From: Octopus vulgaris
Lineage: Eukaryota
Direction: 5' to 3'
Assembly (NCBI GenBank): GCA_951406725.2
Contig: OX597816.1
Span: forward strand, 163,370,001 to 163,434,000
DNA length: 64,000 bases
The position numbers were made by a program, and so were the translations under genes. Position 1 is the stretch's first letter, and every line of letters begins with the position of its first letter. Shown here in pieces: positions 15,588-28,111 of this stretch. A model generated the notes under the pieces. The model did not search any database, was not told where the DNA came from, and worked only from the letters and a program-made list of their open reading frames with translations.

Positions 15588-15724
15588 GCACATTATTTAC
15601 ATTTGACGGAAATTTCTCTTCATCTTGTTTGTTGTTGTTCCGGCTGATAAACCCTTCACCCTTCATCAGGTGTGTTGGGAAACTTTCGAACGTAGGTTCT
15701 GATTCCTAAGGTATTTTTCGATGC

Positions 15725-15797
<73 letters not shown>

Positions 15798-16451
15798 GCT
15801 GTTATTATTATTAATATTATTCATGTCATAACAACAAACAAGATGAGGACAAATATCCGTCAAACGTAAATAATGTAAATAATTCCTCATCTCTTAAATA
15901 TAGAACTGTATATATATATGTGTGTATGTGTGTGTGTGCGTTTTTGTGTGTGTGTGATTGTGTGCGTGCGTGTTTATCTTTGTGTTTGTGTTTGTCCTTC
16001 ACCACTGCTTCAGAACCGGTGTTGGTGTATTTACGTTTCCGCAACCTGACGGTTCGGCAAATAGACCGATAGTATATGTACTAGGCTCAAAAAGTAAGCA
16101 TTAGGGCCATTCTTTCGATTAAAATGTGAGAAAGAAAGTATACCACCTTGCATATACATCGCTCCACCTACAAAGTGCCTCCCACCAGGAAATGCATAAA
16201 AACTATATATAACGCTTGAAAACACAAAATCACAGTCCTATGATAGTAATTAAATTGAAACTTCGAAGTCACTATAAACACATTTTTTCAAACAATATTT
16301 ACATACTGTTATTTATAGCTTTATCTACTTCGAGTTCAATCGTTTGTATATATACACGTATACGTATATGGATATATATATATATATAAATCCACATATG
16401 AGTCGTTGACGATTTTCTTCCTCCGTCTCCTTTTCTATAGGAGTTATCTTT

Positions 16452-16487
16452 GTTTCCGAAGAAGAGCGTCTGCTCGAAACGTTAAAC
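16452..16487 (+). ncRNA. Minimal hammerhead-like motif (U4C variant) in a Penelope-like pLTR
   Basis: GTTT-CCGAAGA-A-GAGC-GTCT-GCTC-GAAA-C-GTT-AAAC; stems I and II pair perfectly; AACGTT palindrome replaces stem III. Confidence 0.6.
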
Positions 16488-16599
16488 CATCTTTCTTTCC
16501 TTCCCTGAGTGTCTGCTAATACATTACATGTGCCCACGTCCTCGCGTTGTTTTTGTTCTTTTGGGGATTTACTATATATATTTATATGCTATCATTTAG

Positions 16600-16880
16600 T
16601 TTTATTTCAAGATTTCTTGTCAATAGAGATAAAGCCGGTTTCTCCTTCATTGGAATTGCAACATCAACAGGGTATCGTTGTATGTAAATTTTCATGCATG
16701 AATAGGTGCAGTCTTGTATGTTTTGTTGTATGTATCTCTTCTTGTGTATATACTTTCATAACTAGACATGCGCATATATACTTAAATGATAATCTTCTGG
16801 AAAGTTTTACACATCTTTACAGTTCCAGTGATTGATTGGATCTGTAGTCTTCGAATCCGCTTTCTCCTTTCTGGTATTCT
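16600..16880 (-). mobile_element. 3' end of a REL-clade non-LTR retrotransposon
   Basis: Minus strand reads IRRLQIQSITGTVKMCKTFQKII then a 3' UTR whose end recurs near 23330. Confidence 0.55.
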
Positions 16881-17048
16881 ATGTATGTATGTATATATGT
16901 ATGTGTGTACGTACGTATGTATGTATACATGCAAACATGCATAAGTATATACATATGTGTGCGTTCGTATGTGTATGTGTATATATGTGTGTATATGTGT
17001 GAGTGTTTCTGTATGTGTGTGCTCTATGTATGTAAACGGAAACGTACA

Positions 17049-17345
17049 CAGGGTGCGCCGAAAGTTACTGTTTCTTTAATAAACTAATGAATAACCTTTG
17101 CCAATCAGAAAAATAAAAATAAGATTCCCAAACGCCATCTTTCTTTGCCGAAATAATGGCGGGTTTCTGTATACTCCATTTGAAATATCCTTTTTATCGT
17201 CTTTGAATGAACTTAGATTTCCAGTCTTGAAGTACTCAAGTTATTTTTATAAAAATGGTAAAAGTGCTATAGAAACATTGCCAGTGCCGAACTGATGCCA
17301 TTTTGGCGATTAACCAACCCATCTAAAGAATAATGCGATTCATTT
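17049..17345 (+). mobile_element. 5' remnant of a Tc1/mariner-superfamily transposon (rosa/DD41D-like)
   Basis: CAGGGTG TIR-like start and peptide YFYKNGKSAIETL resembling the N-terminal HTH of such transposases. Confidence 0.4.
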
Positions 17346-18088
17346 GACCAAAAATAAATAAATAAATATCATTAAGCCAGTTTTGACTATTCAACTATTC
17401 AGCATCCATTGGACAAATTCTAAAAGCTTTCCTATATTTTTATGAGTAATTGAAAGACATTTTGTATAGCCATAATCTACATCAATGGAATAAATAATCT
17501 GCGTACAACTCTTTTGAGAATGTCGCAAAGTTTACTTACAGAAACAGGAAATCGCATGGCCAATTACCTTTGAAATTTGAAATTCTTGTAAAATATTCAT
17601 AACGTGTTCCTTTCTCTTGGAATGGTTGTCGTTCAGTTTTTTTGAGAAGCATGCAAGGACTTTGTTTCTGTAAACGTCTTCATGCTATTTATGTTAACTT
17701 CCCTTGTCAATAAGATTTTTAGGGAGACCCTACAGCGTTTTGTGAATTAGTAATGTTGCTTGCACCTTTTGATAACATGATTTGAATACTTCATGTCTTG
17801 CTTTTGAAATCGCTCTAAATTTAGGCAACTCATACTTTTACGATAGATAAAGCATATTGCTTTCTTAATATAGGTTTAGAACCACGGCATCATAACATCT
17901 TTCTTTTTCTCTTGTTGCTTTGCTGGGTGTTTAAAATCATTTGCTCATGATAAGACATTGACATTTGACTCATGATGTATATGATACACATATGTGTGTG
18001 TACACATATATATATATTTACCTATGTATGTACATATCTATACTTATACCTACCTATCTACGTCTACCTCTCTCTGTCTCTCTCTTTC

Positions 18089-18122
<34 letters not shown>

Positions 18123-18150
18123 AATACATATATATATATATATGTTTGTG

Positions 18151-18236
<86 letters not shown>

Positions 18237-18385
18237 CGACGGCTTCTTTCAGTCTCCTTCCAAATTCTCTCACAAGACTTTTGTCAGCCGAAGATTATAG
18301 TAGAAGACATTTACCCAAGGTACCACGCAGTAGGACTGAAACCGGAACAATGTGGTTGAGAAGCATGCTTCACACCACACAGCTA
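18237..18385 (-). mobile_element. SINE family A, 5' half
   Basis: Reverse complement of the family A head. Confidence 0.85.
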
Positions 18386-18483
18386 CTGACACACACATGC
18401 ATTTAGTGTACACAGTATAAAGACACGAGCTTCTAATAGTAGCTCGTGCCTTTATACAGAATGCTTCAAATGATATTTATCTC

Positions 18484-18531
18484 TCACTGGATGGAGTGTT
18501 TCACTGGATGGAGTGTTTCACTGGCTGGAGT
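18484..18531. repeat. 17-bp tandem repeat (TCACTGGATGGAGTGTT) x ~2.8
   Basis: Directly visible. Confidence 0.9.
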
Positions 18532-18550
18532 AATTATTTGCTGAGCTACG

Positions 18551-18594
<44 letters not shown>

Positions 18595-18624
18595 TCAAAA
18601 TAAAAACATGATGCCAAGGATTCA

Positions 18625-18702
18625 GCGGTACATATGTTTCGGGCCTTTATTAGACGGATTTATAACAATGCATAATGTGCGTCTGTGGCCTTCTTCAGCC
18701 GC
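18625..18702 (-). ncRNA. Type I hammerhead ribozyme motif, canonical core
   Basis: Reverse complement of 18877..18954. Confidence 0.85.
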
Positions 18703-18876
18703 GCACAACTACTTCTTCAAGGACATGTATTACATCAAAAATTCTTGTGAGAGAAGAACGAGATGGACGCTTCATTTTTATGCTGTTGCCGCATTACGTC
18801 GTACACGAATGAGAGGATTTGCATCCCCAACCAAGAATTTTTGATGTAATACATGTCCTTGAAGAAGTAGTTGTAC

Positions 18877-18954
18877 GCGGCTGAAGAAGGCCACAGACGC
18901 ACATTATGCATTGTTATAAATCCGTCTAATAAAGGCCCGAAACATATGTACCGC
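18877..18954 (+). ncRNA. Type I hammerhead ribozyme motif, canonical core
   Basis: GCGG-CTGAAGA-AGGCC...GGCCC-GAAA-C-ATAT-GTA-CCGC; stem I GCGG/CCGC; stem II extended by AGACG/CGTCT; palindrome ACATATGT; predicted cut after 18950. Confidence 0.85.
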
Positions 18955-19158
18955 TGAATACTTGGCATCATGTTTTTATTTTGATTAATTTACTCCACCA
19001 CCTACACCACCAAACGGTATATACAGGTGCTTACAATTATCAAGTACTCACCCCGAATTTCTGTACACAACTATATATATATATATATATATATTACGGA
19101 GATATACTTGCATAGCAAGAGACCTGATCTGAGATAGTATGCTGAAACAAAAACATAC

Positions 19159-19373
19159 GCAGCGTGGATGGTATTTACAAGCCATTTAAAAACGCACAAA
19201 AACCGTTAGATTCACTTCAACATTTAAATTTAATTTGCCAAAATATTTTTGTCTGTGAACAGGTAGCGGTCTCAAAGCGTCAAACATACTTTGGCAAATT
19301 AAATTTAAACGTTGAAGTGCATCTAACAGTTTTTATGTGTTTTTAAAAGGCTTATAAATACCTTCCACGCTGC
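19159..19373. repeat. Diverged inverted repeat, 88-bp arms (19159..19246 / 19286..19373)
   Basis: gcagcgtgga..ggtattta..ttcaac.tttaaatttaatttgccaaa mirrored on the other arm. Confidence 0.85.
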
Positions 19374-19532
19374 ATTTGCATATATGTGTGTGTGTGTGTG
19401 TGTGTGACATATATATCCGTGTATATATTGTGTGCGTGTGTGTGGGGGGGTAGGTAAATCCATCAAAATATATTGAGATGCATCTATCTGAGTGTGCAAG
19501 TACCTATTTCTCAAGCTATATAAATAGATACG

Positions 19533-19585
<53 letters not shown>

Positions 19586-19602
19586 ATATATATAATATAT
19601 AC

Positions 19603-19640
<38 letters not shown>

Positions 19641-19881
19641 GAGTGTGTGTGTGTGTGTATGTATATATATATATCTACAAACAAACATGCATATATGCAT
19701 ATATACACAACCTCCATGTACACACGTATGCCTACAGATCAACATACTATGAATATGCATATATTTGTGTGTATCGATATATTTATATACATATGTATAT
19801 ATATATACATCGATCTATATATATACATATCCATATATACATATATATATATATATAAATATGTATGTATATATATTTATT

Positions 19882-19927
<46 letters not shown>

Positions 19928-20691
19928 TATATATATATATATATATATAAATATGTATGTATATACATTTAAACATATATATTCACAAATAGAACGCGAC
20001 ACATACATTATATGTATATTCATGAATGTTTCTTCGTATGTATGTATATGTATTTGAGCGATTGCTTCCATAATTGTCTAAGTGTGTCCTCTGTGCGTGA
20101 GCGTTAAAGTCTATTAAATTTAATATTAAACAGAAGTCTAAATGGAAACTATGACCGGCCCTTGCACAGCATGCAAAATTTTACTGGGTTCATCAAAAAC
20201 TGAGACCCTGAAACCTAGCCTTTGGCCTAGGTTATGAATAATTGATTGACCAGACTGATTGATTTGCTTATAGTTATTGAACCGGTTCAATAAATGAGAC
20301 TGACCCTTACCTTTACTTACTCCTCCACGTCATCACTACGATGTAAGCGATCTTACTGACTGACCATCGGCTAGAACTTTATAACCGATGTCTTCTTATC
20401 AAACTTGACGTATAAAGAAAGATGTTGAAGCTGGCATATCGTTATTTCGCCTTAGATATATTCCATTGTTGTCACGACAACTCCGTTCCTGGTTTGAAGG
20501 CAAAGGAAAAAAAAATCCATAAATAGATAGAGAAATAAAATATAATAAAATTAGCAAAAATATATTAAAAATTGGGAAAAGAATTGGCGGGAAATTTCTT
20601 CTAAAATAAAGGGAAAACGCTGAAAGCGTAAAATTATGAAACCGAAAAAATGCATCGTAGAAGAGAAGGTTGTAAAAAACATACCCTAGAA

Positions 20692-20768
<77 letters not shown>

Positions 20769-21050
20769 GTAACGGAGTAAAAATGTTTCCTATTTGGAAT
20801 TGTGTTAAAATTCCAACAAAGGCTTTACCATTTTCTCTCATATTTGTTATTGTGTGAAAGACAATGTTACCAATTAGAGTAGATTTAATTCAATTTTCTT
20901 CACAATTGAAGCTTTGTAGTTTTTTTTTTTCTTCTGATTATTATTGATATATATATGTATTTTTTTTTTTTGTCTTTTCAGAATGAATATATCACTCGAG
21001 AAAAAGAAATTGACAAGACACATTCACACACACACACACACACACACATA

Positions 21051-21087
<37 letters not shown>

Positions 21088-21390
21088 AAGCACACACACG
21101 GACGCACACACGGACGCACACACATACACACATTCATACACACATTCACTCACACAAACACATTGAAACACACGTACAGAGGCACATAAATACACACAAT
21201 ATATAGACATATATATATTTACATATATACATGTATACATGTGTGAGCGCGCGAGTGTGTGAGTGTGTTTGTTTGTGTGTATGTGTGCATGTGTATATGT
21301 ATATATGTGTATGTATAGTATATACATAAATATATATATATTTACCTATATATACATATATATATACACTTATATATATATACCTATGTA

Positions 21391-21458
<68 letters not shown>

Positions 21459-22644
21459 GGACGCGACATAAATGCACCACACACTTCATGAAGAAGACAC
21501 GGTAAGTGAAAGAAGGAAATAAAAAAAAACAATAAGAAGAAGAACATAACAGTAAAAGAAGACCGGAAAAAATATACCAACAGCAATGAAGAAAATTTTG
21601 AAAAGCCTTTCAACAATAGATCTACGATGGATGTTCAATCACTATTTAGGATTCAATGAATTTCTTTACTGGAGGGTTCTGGAAGGAATGCTATGGAAGA
21701 AAATTATTTAGATTTTTACTGTTACAATCTACAGCTTCGTTATGTTTTGTTTTTTTTGCTTTTTCTTTTTTGTCTTTTTTCGACCTAACACACAAAAATT
21801 TTGGCTAGTTACACACTAAAAATGCTGCGAGATAGCTTGCTGATAGATAATATGATTGAAATTTTGGATTTGATTCACGTGTTCTCTCTTGCCAACAGAT
21901 TCGACAAAGGATTACCATGTATCTACTTTCACTGCCACGGCAGACATTTTGAATGCCTCCAAGTAAAAACGGAAACTATTATTAACGTGTGCTTTCTCCA
22001 GCATCTCGAGTCCTTATTCTACCAGCATCACTTCCACCGTCGTCACTACTACATCTCGCTCCTCAATCACTGTTAAGTACAAGAGGAGTAGGGAACCCAA
22101 GATTCGCAAGAATGCTTACCGTACTTTCATAATGGATTTTTACACTTCCTTGGAGGCATTCGAGGTCTGTAAAGCAAGATCGTCTTACTGATGACATTTT
22201 AATGGCACTCACAGATAGTTCCATGCTCTTGAGAACTTTGGCATGAATCCTTATTTCCAACCTGAAACTCGGCAAATGTATTCAACAATTTTTAACTAAA
22301 ATAAGGCGGTCGTTACACGATAAAAGCAACAGGGATGAGAAAAAATAAATAGCTATGTAATTGATTTCTTCCATAGTCATTAGTCTTTATAAATGAGAAG
22401 GAAATTTGCTTGTGTTATTAAAGCTTTACTCAAGGGCCGTGGCAATGCAAAAACTCGATAATTGCTGTGGAAGCTGTGCCAAGTTTTCAGTTCAGATCCG
22501 GTGAGTTCTAAATCACTGGTTCGCAGCTATTTTTTTTTAACCTATGGACCCTCTGATTACTATTTTATACTGGTGGACCCACCCATAGCTATTCGATGTT
22601 TAAAGACTAGTTTTGTAGATGTTGTTGTTGTTGTTGTTGTTGTT

Positions 22645-22842
22645 GTTTGTTCCTTCTTGAGCCATGACTGGCTCATACGGGCTGGTTTCCTGGTTTCCGT
22701 GACGTATAGGTTTCCCACCTGGACGGGACGCCGGTCCGTCGCAGGTGAGCTGCAAGAAGCAGAAGGAAAGAGCGAGAGAAAGTTGTGACGAACGAGTCAG
22801 CGAAGTTCGCTATTACCTTCTACCGGAGCCTCATGGAGCTTC
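22645..22842 (-). mobile_element. SINE family C, 3' part
   Basis: Matches 29063..29260. Confidence 0.85.
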
Positions 22843-22934
22843 TGTAGTTTGAAATATGAAGAATGTTAGAGAAAGAAATCTAGCCGTTTCTTACAATAAA
22901 TACATCGAAAGCAAATTTTTTTCAGGGGCCCTTA

Positions 22935-23285
22935 AAACGCTACTGTGAATCCCCAATTTACTATTTTGCTTGAGTGTACCACCAAAAGTCTTATATGATG
23001 ATTGACTACCAGGCCGCTGGTGGTGATACTACACACCTTACTAATCATATCTATCAGACATGTGGAAGGGATTGTGATTCGGCCGGAGGACTTGAACGAC
23101 ATGCAAAGGTACATGAAGCCCAAATACGACAGCCAGTTATTGCCAGTAAAGGTTTTAGATGCCAATTCTGTACAAACATTGTAGATCTGTAGCTGGGCTA
23201 AAAAGTTACATTCGATCACAGTACCGTTAACAGATATGCCTTGTGCAATGGCCATACTCGATAACGAGGAGGAAGCCATCATCAT
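22935..23285 (+). mobile_element. 3' end of an RTE-like LINE with decayed C2H2 zinc fingers
   Basis: QTCGRDCDSAGGLERHAKVH and FRCQFC..CRSVAGLKSYIRS (frameshifted); short 3' UTR ending in (CAT)n. Confidence 0.65.
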
Positions 23286-23382
23286 GTATGTATGTATGTA
23301 TGTATGTATGTATGTATATATGTTATTCCGGTTTATTTCAAGATTTCTTGCCAATAAAAACCGGTTTCTAGCCTAGATCCAA

Positions 23383-23657
23383 GGCGAAATGCTTTGCGGT
23401 ATTTCGTCTGTCATTACGTTCTGAGTTCAAATTCCGCCGAGGTCGACTTAGCCTTTCATCCTTTCGGGGTCGGTTAATTAAGTACCAGTTGCATACTAGG
23501 GTCGATCTAATCTACTGGCACCCTCGCCACTATTTTTGGGCCTTGTGCCTAGAGTAGTAAAGATTAAATTAAGTTATAGTTGGATACTTGGGTCGATGTA
23601 ATCGACTTTTCACTTCCCTCCAATTTCTTGGCCTTGTGCCAAAGCTGGAAACCAATA
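23383..23657 (+). mobile_element. SINE family B, 5'-truncated, plus a second tail fragment
   Basis: gagttcaaattccgccgaggtcgact..gcctttcatcctttcggggtcg box. Confidence 0.85.
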
Positions 23658-24206
23658 TTTATAACTAATTTCGTAATTTTGTTTATTTTAGTGTAAAACC
23701 TGTTTTATATTCGAAAAGTAATTACATAAACTGTATAAATACATATAAATATATTGTTTAAATATACGTATATAATTTGTGTCAATACATATATATATAA
23801 GTTCACACAAAAGTGCATTCACTTATCTATCTGCATATAAGTATGTATGCTTCCGAGTGTGGAGGGTTTTTGTGTGCATATGTATGCATAAATATATATG
23901 GGTGTATATAGAGGTACTGTGATTGTTCAATAACTAGTATTACAGGTTTTACAGGATATGATAATTGATTTTAATAGCCGAATGTTAGAAATGTATTTTA
24001 TAAAAATAATGCTATAAAAATCGACAAATTCAATGAAAACCTGGAATCACAAGAACATATTGGCGTATAGAATTAAATTCAACACGCTCATGTTATTTCG
24101 AACTTGGAAGGAATTTCAGGAACACTCCAACACCCATTGTCAAGCGGTGGTGTTGGACAAACACAGACAGAGAGACACACACACACATACACACATACCT
24201 ACACAC

Positions 24207-24263
<57 letters not shown>

Positions 24264-24304
24264 ATGTATGTATATATATGTGTGTGTATGTAAATATATA
24301 TAGT

Positions 24305-25000
24305 GAGAATAGCGAAACACGAAAACGGGTGTGTAAACATCAAACTGATGTATTAGTTTAACGCTTGGGAAGTGAGAAAGTCTCTTACGTTTCGAGGCTA
24401 CGCTCTTCGACAGAAAGGAACACAGAAATAAACAGGGATAGAATATAGTCTGGTTTTAATGGCTAGCGATCTATCATGGCGAATGCCGGACAGAGGGGTT
24501 ACACGGGAGGCACTGCGTCGGTTACGACGATGAGGGTTCCAGTTGATCCGATCAACGGAACAGCCTGCTCGTGAAATTAACACGGAAGCGGCTGAGCACT
24601 CCACATACACGTGTTCCTTTAACGTAGTTCTCAGAGAGATTCAGCGTGCCTCAGTGTACCAAGACTGGCCCTTTGAAATACAGGTACAACAGAAATAAGA
24701 AGAAAGAGTGAGAGAAAGTTGTGGTGAAAAGCACACCAGTGTTCAATACCATCCCCTGCCGGAGCCTCGCTCAACGAACACTCACAACGCCCGGTCTGGT
24801 AATCGAAAACGCGATCCTACGACCGCGAGTCCGCTGCCCTAATTACTAGGCCATTGCGCCTCATGTTTCTCGCCTTGTTTTTTTTTTTCTGTATCTCTTT
24901 TCTGTTGAAGAGCGTAGGCTCGAAACGTAAAATACTTTTTCAATTCCTGAGCGTTATACTAATACATCTGTTTGTTTTGTACACCACCTGTTTTCGTGAA
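24305..25000. mobile_element. Inverted pair of Penelope-like pLTR fragments (about 24315..24435 minus, 24880..24998 plus) enclosing a SINE
   Basis: Both arms carry CTGTYGA-A-GAGC-GTAG-(G/C)CTC-GAAA-C-GTA hammerhead-like motifs and shared downstream sequence; same family near 33420..33545 and 48200..48335. Confidence 0.65.
24508..24862 (-). mobile_element. SINE family C, full length
   Basis: tRNA-like head gaggcgcaatggcctagt..gcggactcgcggtcg on minus; gagtgagagaaagttgtgg core shared with 29190 and 34985. Confidence 0.85.
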
Positions 25001-25191
25001 CTTTCCCCCTATGTGTGTGTGTGTGTGTGTGTGTGTATAATACAAAATGGGACAAGAACGCAAATCATCCAGATAGACGATACAAAGAAAGCAAGGACGG
25101 GTCATTCGGAGTTATATAAACATACTATGCTCATAGGGTAAAGGTAATATCAGAATAAACAAGAATTTATCAGGAATCAAATTTAAAATAC

Positions 25192-25719
25192 GCAGAAAAT
25201 GGAGAAACATTTTGATTAACAAACAAACTGACCAACATCGGTTAATTATTTTTTATTAAAAAACTTAATATTGCTTACGGCCGTTTTGGCTACCAATGTC
25301 AGTCTCCCTATAAAGAAAATTCCGAAAATAATATTCATCATCTTTATAACACATTCGATCTAGTACATGAAACTTCATCAGAGTGAAATAAAAGAAGGGA
25401 AGAGGGAAGTTTGAGGTCGATGAGCAACACCCTGGTACCCCTATAAAAAGAGATAACCCGCCAATTATTTTTCTAGATTTTGCTAGTTTACTCTTACGCC
25501 CATCTTTTATTTATGTATTTGCATTCACTCTGATGAAGCTTCATGTACTAGATCGAATTTACTATAAAGATGGCGACTATTATTTTCGGAATTTTCTTTG
25601 TAGGCACCGACTGACATTGGTAGCCGAAAAGGCAGTAAGCAATGTTAAGTTTTGTATCAAAAAAATTAACAGGTGTTGGTCAATTTGTTTGTTAATGAAA
25701 AATTTTCTCCATTTTCTGC
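25192..25719. mobile_element. Inverted-repeat element, 196-bp diverged arms (25192..25387 / 25524..25719), each with a decayed hammerhead
   Basis: Combined arm consensus CTGATGA-AGCT...AGCC-GAAA-C-GGCC-GTA; each arm has different lesions. Confidence 0.8.
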
Positions 25720-25723
25720 TTAT

Positions 25724-25760
<37 letters not shown>

Positions 25761-25764
25761 GTAT

Positions 25765-25917
25765 TGGCTGTGTGGTAAGCAGCTTGCTAACCAACCACAT
25801 GGTTCCGGGTTCAGTCCCACTGCGTGGCATCTTGGGCAAGTGTCTTCTGCTATAGCCTCGGGCCGACCAATACCTTGTGAGTGGATTTGGTAGACGGAAA
25901 CTGAAAGAAGCCTGTCG

Positions 25918-25960
<43 letters not shown>

Positions 25961-26160
25961 TTGTCCCCCTAGCATTGCTTGACAACCGATGCTGGTGTGT
26001 TTACGTCCCCGTAACTTAGCGGTTCGGCAAAAGAGACCGATAGAATAAGTACTCGACATACAAAGAATAAGTCCCGGGGTCGATTTGATCGACTAAAGGC
26101 GGTGCTCCAGCATGGCCGCAGTCAAATGACTGAAACAAGTAAAAGAGTAAAAGAGTAAGA
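25765..26160 (+). mobile_element. SINE family A, near full length, consensus-like
   Basis: Head, internal TA/TG run and tail all present. Confidence 0.92.
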
Positions 26161-26199
<39 letters not shown>

Positions 26200-26348
26200 G
26201 TAGGGCATATAATACCTCTTGCTAAACTCAGATCCAATGCCCCTCCAAAAACACCATAAACTCACGATAAATATACATATGAGCAATACAGTGAACATAT
26301 GAGAAATAGGCTTACCATTGCGTTGGATACATCAGTAAGTAATGTATA

Positions 26349-26410
26349 TTTCAATATCAATTGATTTCACGCTTTGCATGACAAACATACTCTGCGATCT
26401 TCAGTTGAAA
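26349..26410 (-). ncRNA. Type I hammerhead ribozyme motif, canonical core
   Basis: Minus strand TTTCAA-CTGAAGA-TCGC...GCGT-GAAA-TC-AATT-GA-TA-TTGAAA; 6-bp stem I, palindrome ATCAATTGAT, AUA triplet; first stem II pair is a U-U mismatch. Confidence 0.8.
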
Positions 26411-26521
26411 ATAACATTTTGACATCTATTTCTAAAATAATCATATTAGCTCGTGTGCGTTCCTTACTTTAAATGTCCAACTCTGTTTAAAAAAAACTAT
26501 CGTGAGCAAGAAAAAATTTAA

Positions 26522-26792
26522 ATAAAGAAGAATTGTCGTTGTTATTAATAGTATTAGTAAGGTAATAATAAGGTGGTTAGTGAGTTTACACCGTTACAGG
26601 TACAATATAAGGTAAATTTAGATCTAGTACGGTATATAATACCATTAGCTTGAATCTGATTTTAGCAAGTGGTATTATATACCCTACTGAATCTAAATTT
26701 AACTTATATTGTACCTGTAACGGAGTGAACTTGCTAGCCACCTTATTATCATTTTATTAATACTTTTAATAAAGGCAATAATTCTTCTTTAT
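26522..26792. repeat. About 270-bp imperfect palindrome centred near 26657
   Basis: ccgttacaggtacaatataag / cttatattgtacctgtaacgg and flanks pair throughout; almost no spacer. Confidence 0.9.
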
Positions 26793-26816
26793 ATATATAT
26801 ATATATATATATATAT

Positions 26817-26962
26817 GTCGTGTTTCTTTCAGTTTCCGTATCCCAAATCAACTTACAAGAATTTGGTAGGTCCGAGGCTATAGTAAAAAACACTTGCCTA
26901 AGGTGTCACATGGAGAGACTGAACCCGGTCCCATGTGTGTAGCATACTTCTTACGACACACA
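26817..26962 (-). mobile_element. SINE family A, diverged 5' half
   Basis: Reverse complement of head. Confidence 0.75.
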
Positions 26963-27722
26963 GCAGAGGATTATGAATGATGTTATCGGGCCATTGAACA
27001 CGTATTTCTGCGTCGTTGCACTTCATCAGTTACCGATTTTGGTTCCATGGTTCATAGCTCTCGAACAACAGCTGTTTTTTTTGTATTTAAACAGTAGATA
27101 ATATTTGCTGATGTGCAAATCTTTTTTCAAGCTAGAATTAATTAACAGGCATACTAAGCAGCATTGTTTGAAGTACAAATGTTTACAGTTCTATTTATTA
27201 CTTTCGCATACACTCCAATTTTGAAAGACCTTCACAGCAGAAATTGTCTGGGGTGAGATATATATGGGAAAAACAAACCTCTGGCTATGTACTAATATCG
27301 TTGCATAATAGGACACGTGGGGGGTTGCATGTTTTTGTATGTCGTGTTAAATATAATTGTACTTATCTATATTTCTACTAACACAGGTTAGTGCACCTCT
27401 TGTTAATTGCATAGGAAAAGCGATTATTTGGTGTCATTTGAGCAGGTATGCTACACCCTGCTATCTATCTATCTATCTGTCTGTCTGTCTATCATTGCAT
27501 ACATAATTCTCTCATTTTATATCTCTAGACATCGAGGTAGATCGATAGAGGTATGGAGGAAGGGATGAATAGACAGACAGACATTGATAGAAAGATAAAT
27601 ATATAGATAAACAGATTGATTGATTGTTGATAGATAGACAGAAAGAAAGACACACAGGCAGACAGATAGACAAACAAGCAGACAAATAGACAGGCAAACA
27701 TACAAACAGACAGACAGATATT

Positions 27723-27818
<96 letters not shown>

Positions 27819-27855
27819 GGACTGACAGACAGACAGGTAGACAGATAGATAGATA

Positions 27856-27992
27856 TGTTTCTTTATTGACCACACAGGGCTGAACACAGAGGGGACATAA
27901 TACTAAGGAGAGCTTTGTTTTGGGGAAGAGAAAAAGGAAAAAAAGAAAAAAGAAAAAAGAGGGTAGAAATTCGATCAAAAGGGATCGTGGAA
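27856..27992 (-). mobile_element. Short retroelement 3' end embedded in (GATA)n
   Basis: Shares gtttctttatt..ccacacagggctg and tcgatcaaaagggatcgt with 45140..45303. Confidence 0.65.
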
Positions 27993-27999
27993 AAATATC

Positions 28000-28111
<112 letters not shown>

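Larger units (their letters stand above)
18590..19072. mobile_element. Non-coding element with 158-bp inverted arms (18590..18747 / 18832..18989), Penelope-like inverted pLTR, flanked by (TA)n
   Basis: Arms differ at 2 positions by eye; 84-bp spacer; each arm holds a hammerhead motif. Confidence 0.85.

Noticed and set aside
18415-18457. 43-nt hairpin as a possible pre-miRNA or terminator
   Set aside because: Too short for a typical pre-miRNA and no matching mature sequence recognised.
18608-18971. Two near-identical 78-aa ORFs on opposite strands
   Set aside because: A by-product of the inverted repeat; the ribozyme fold explains the sequence better.
26990-27035. Minus-strand CTGATGA..GAAA..ACGT
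   Set aside because: No stem I complementarity.
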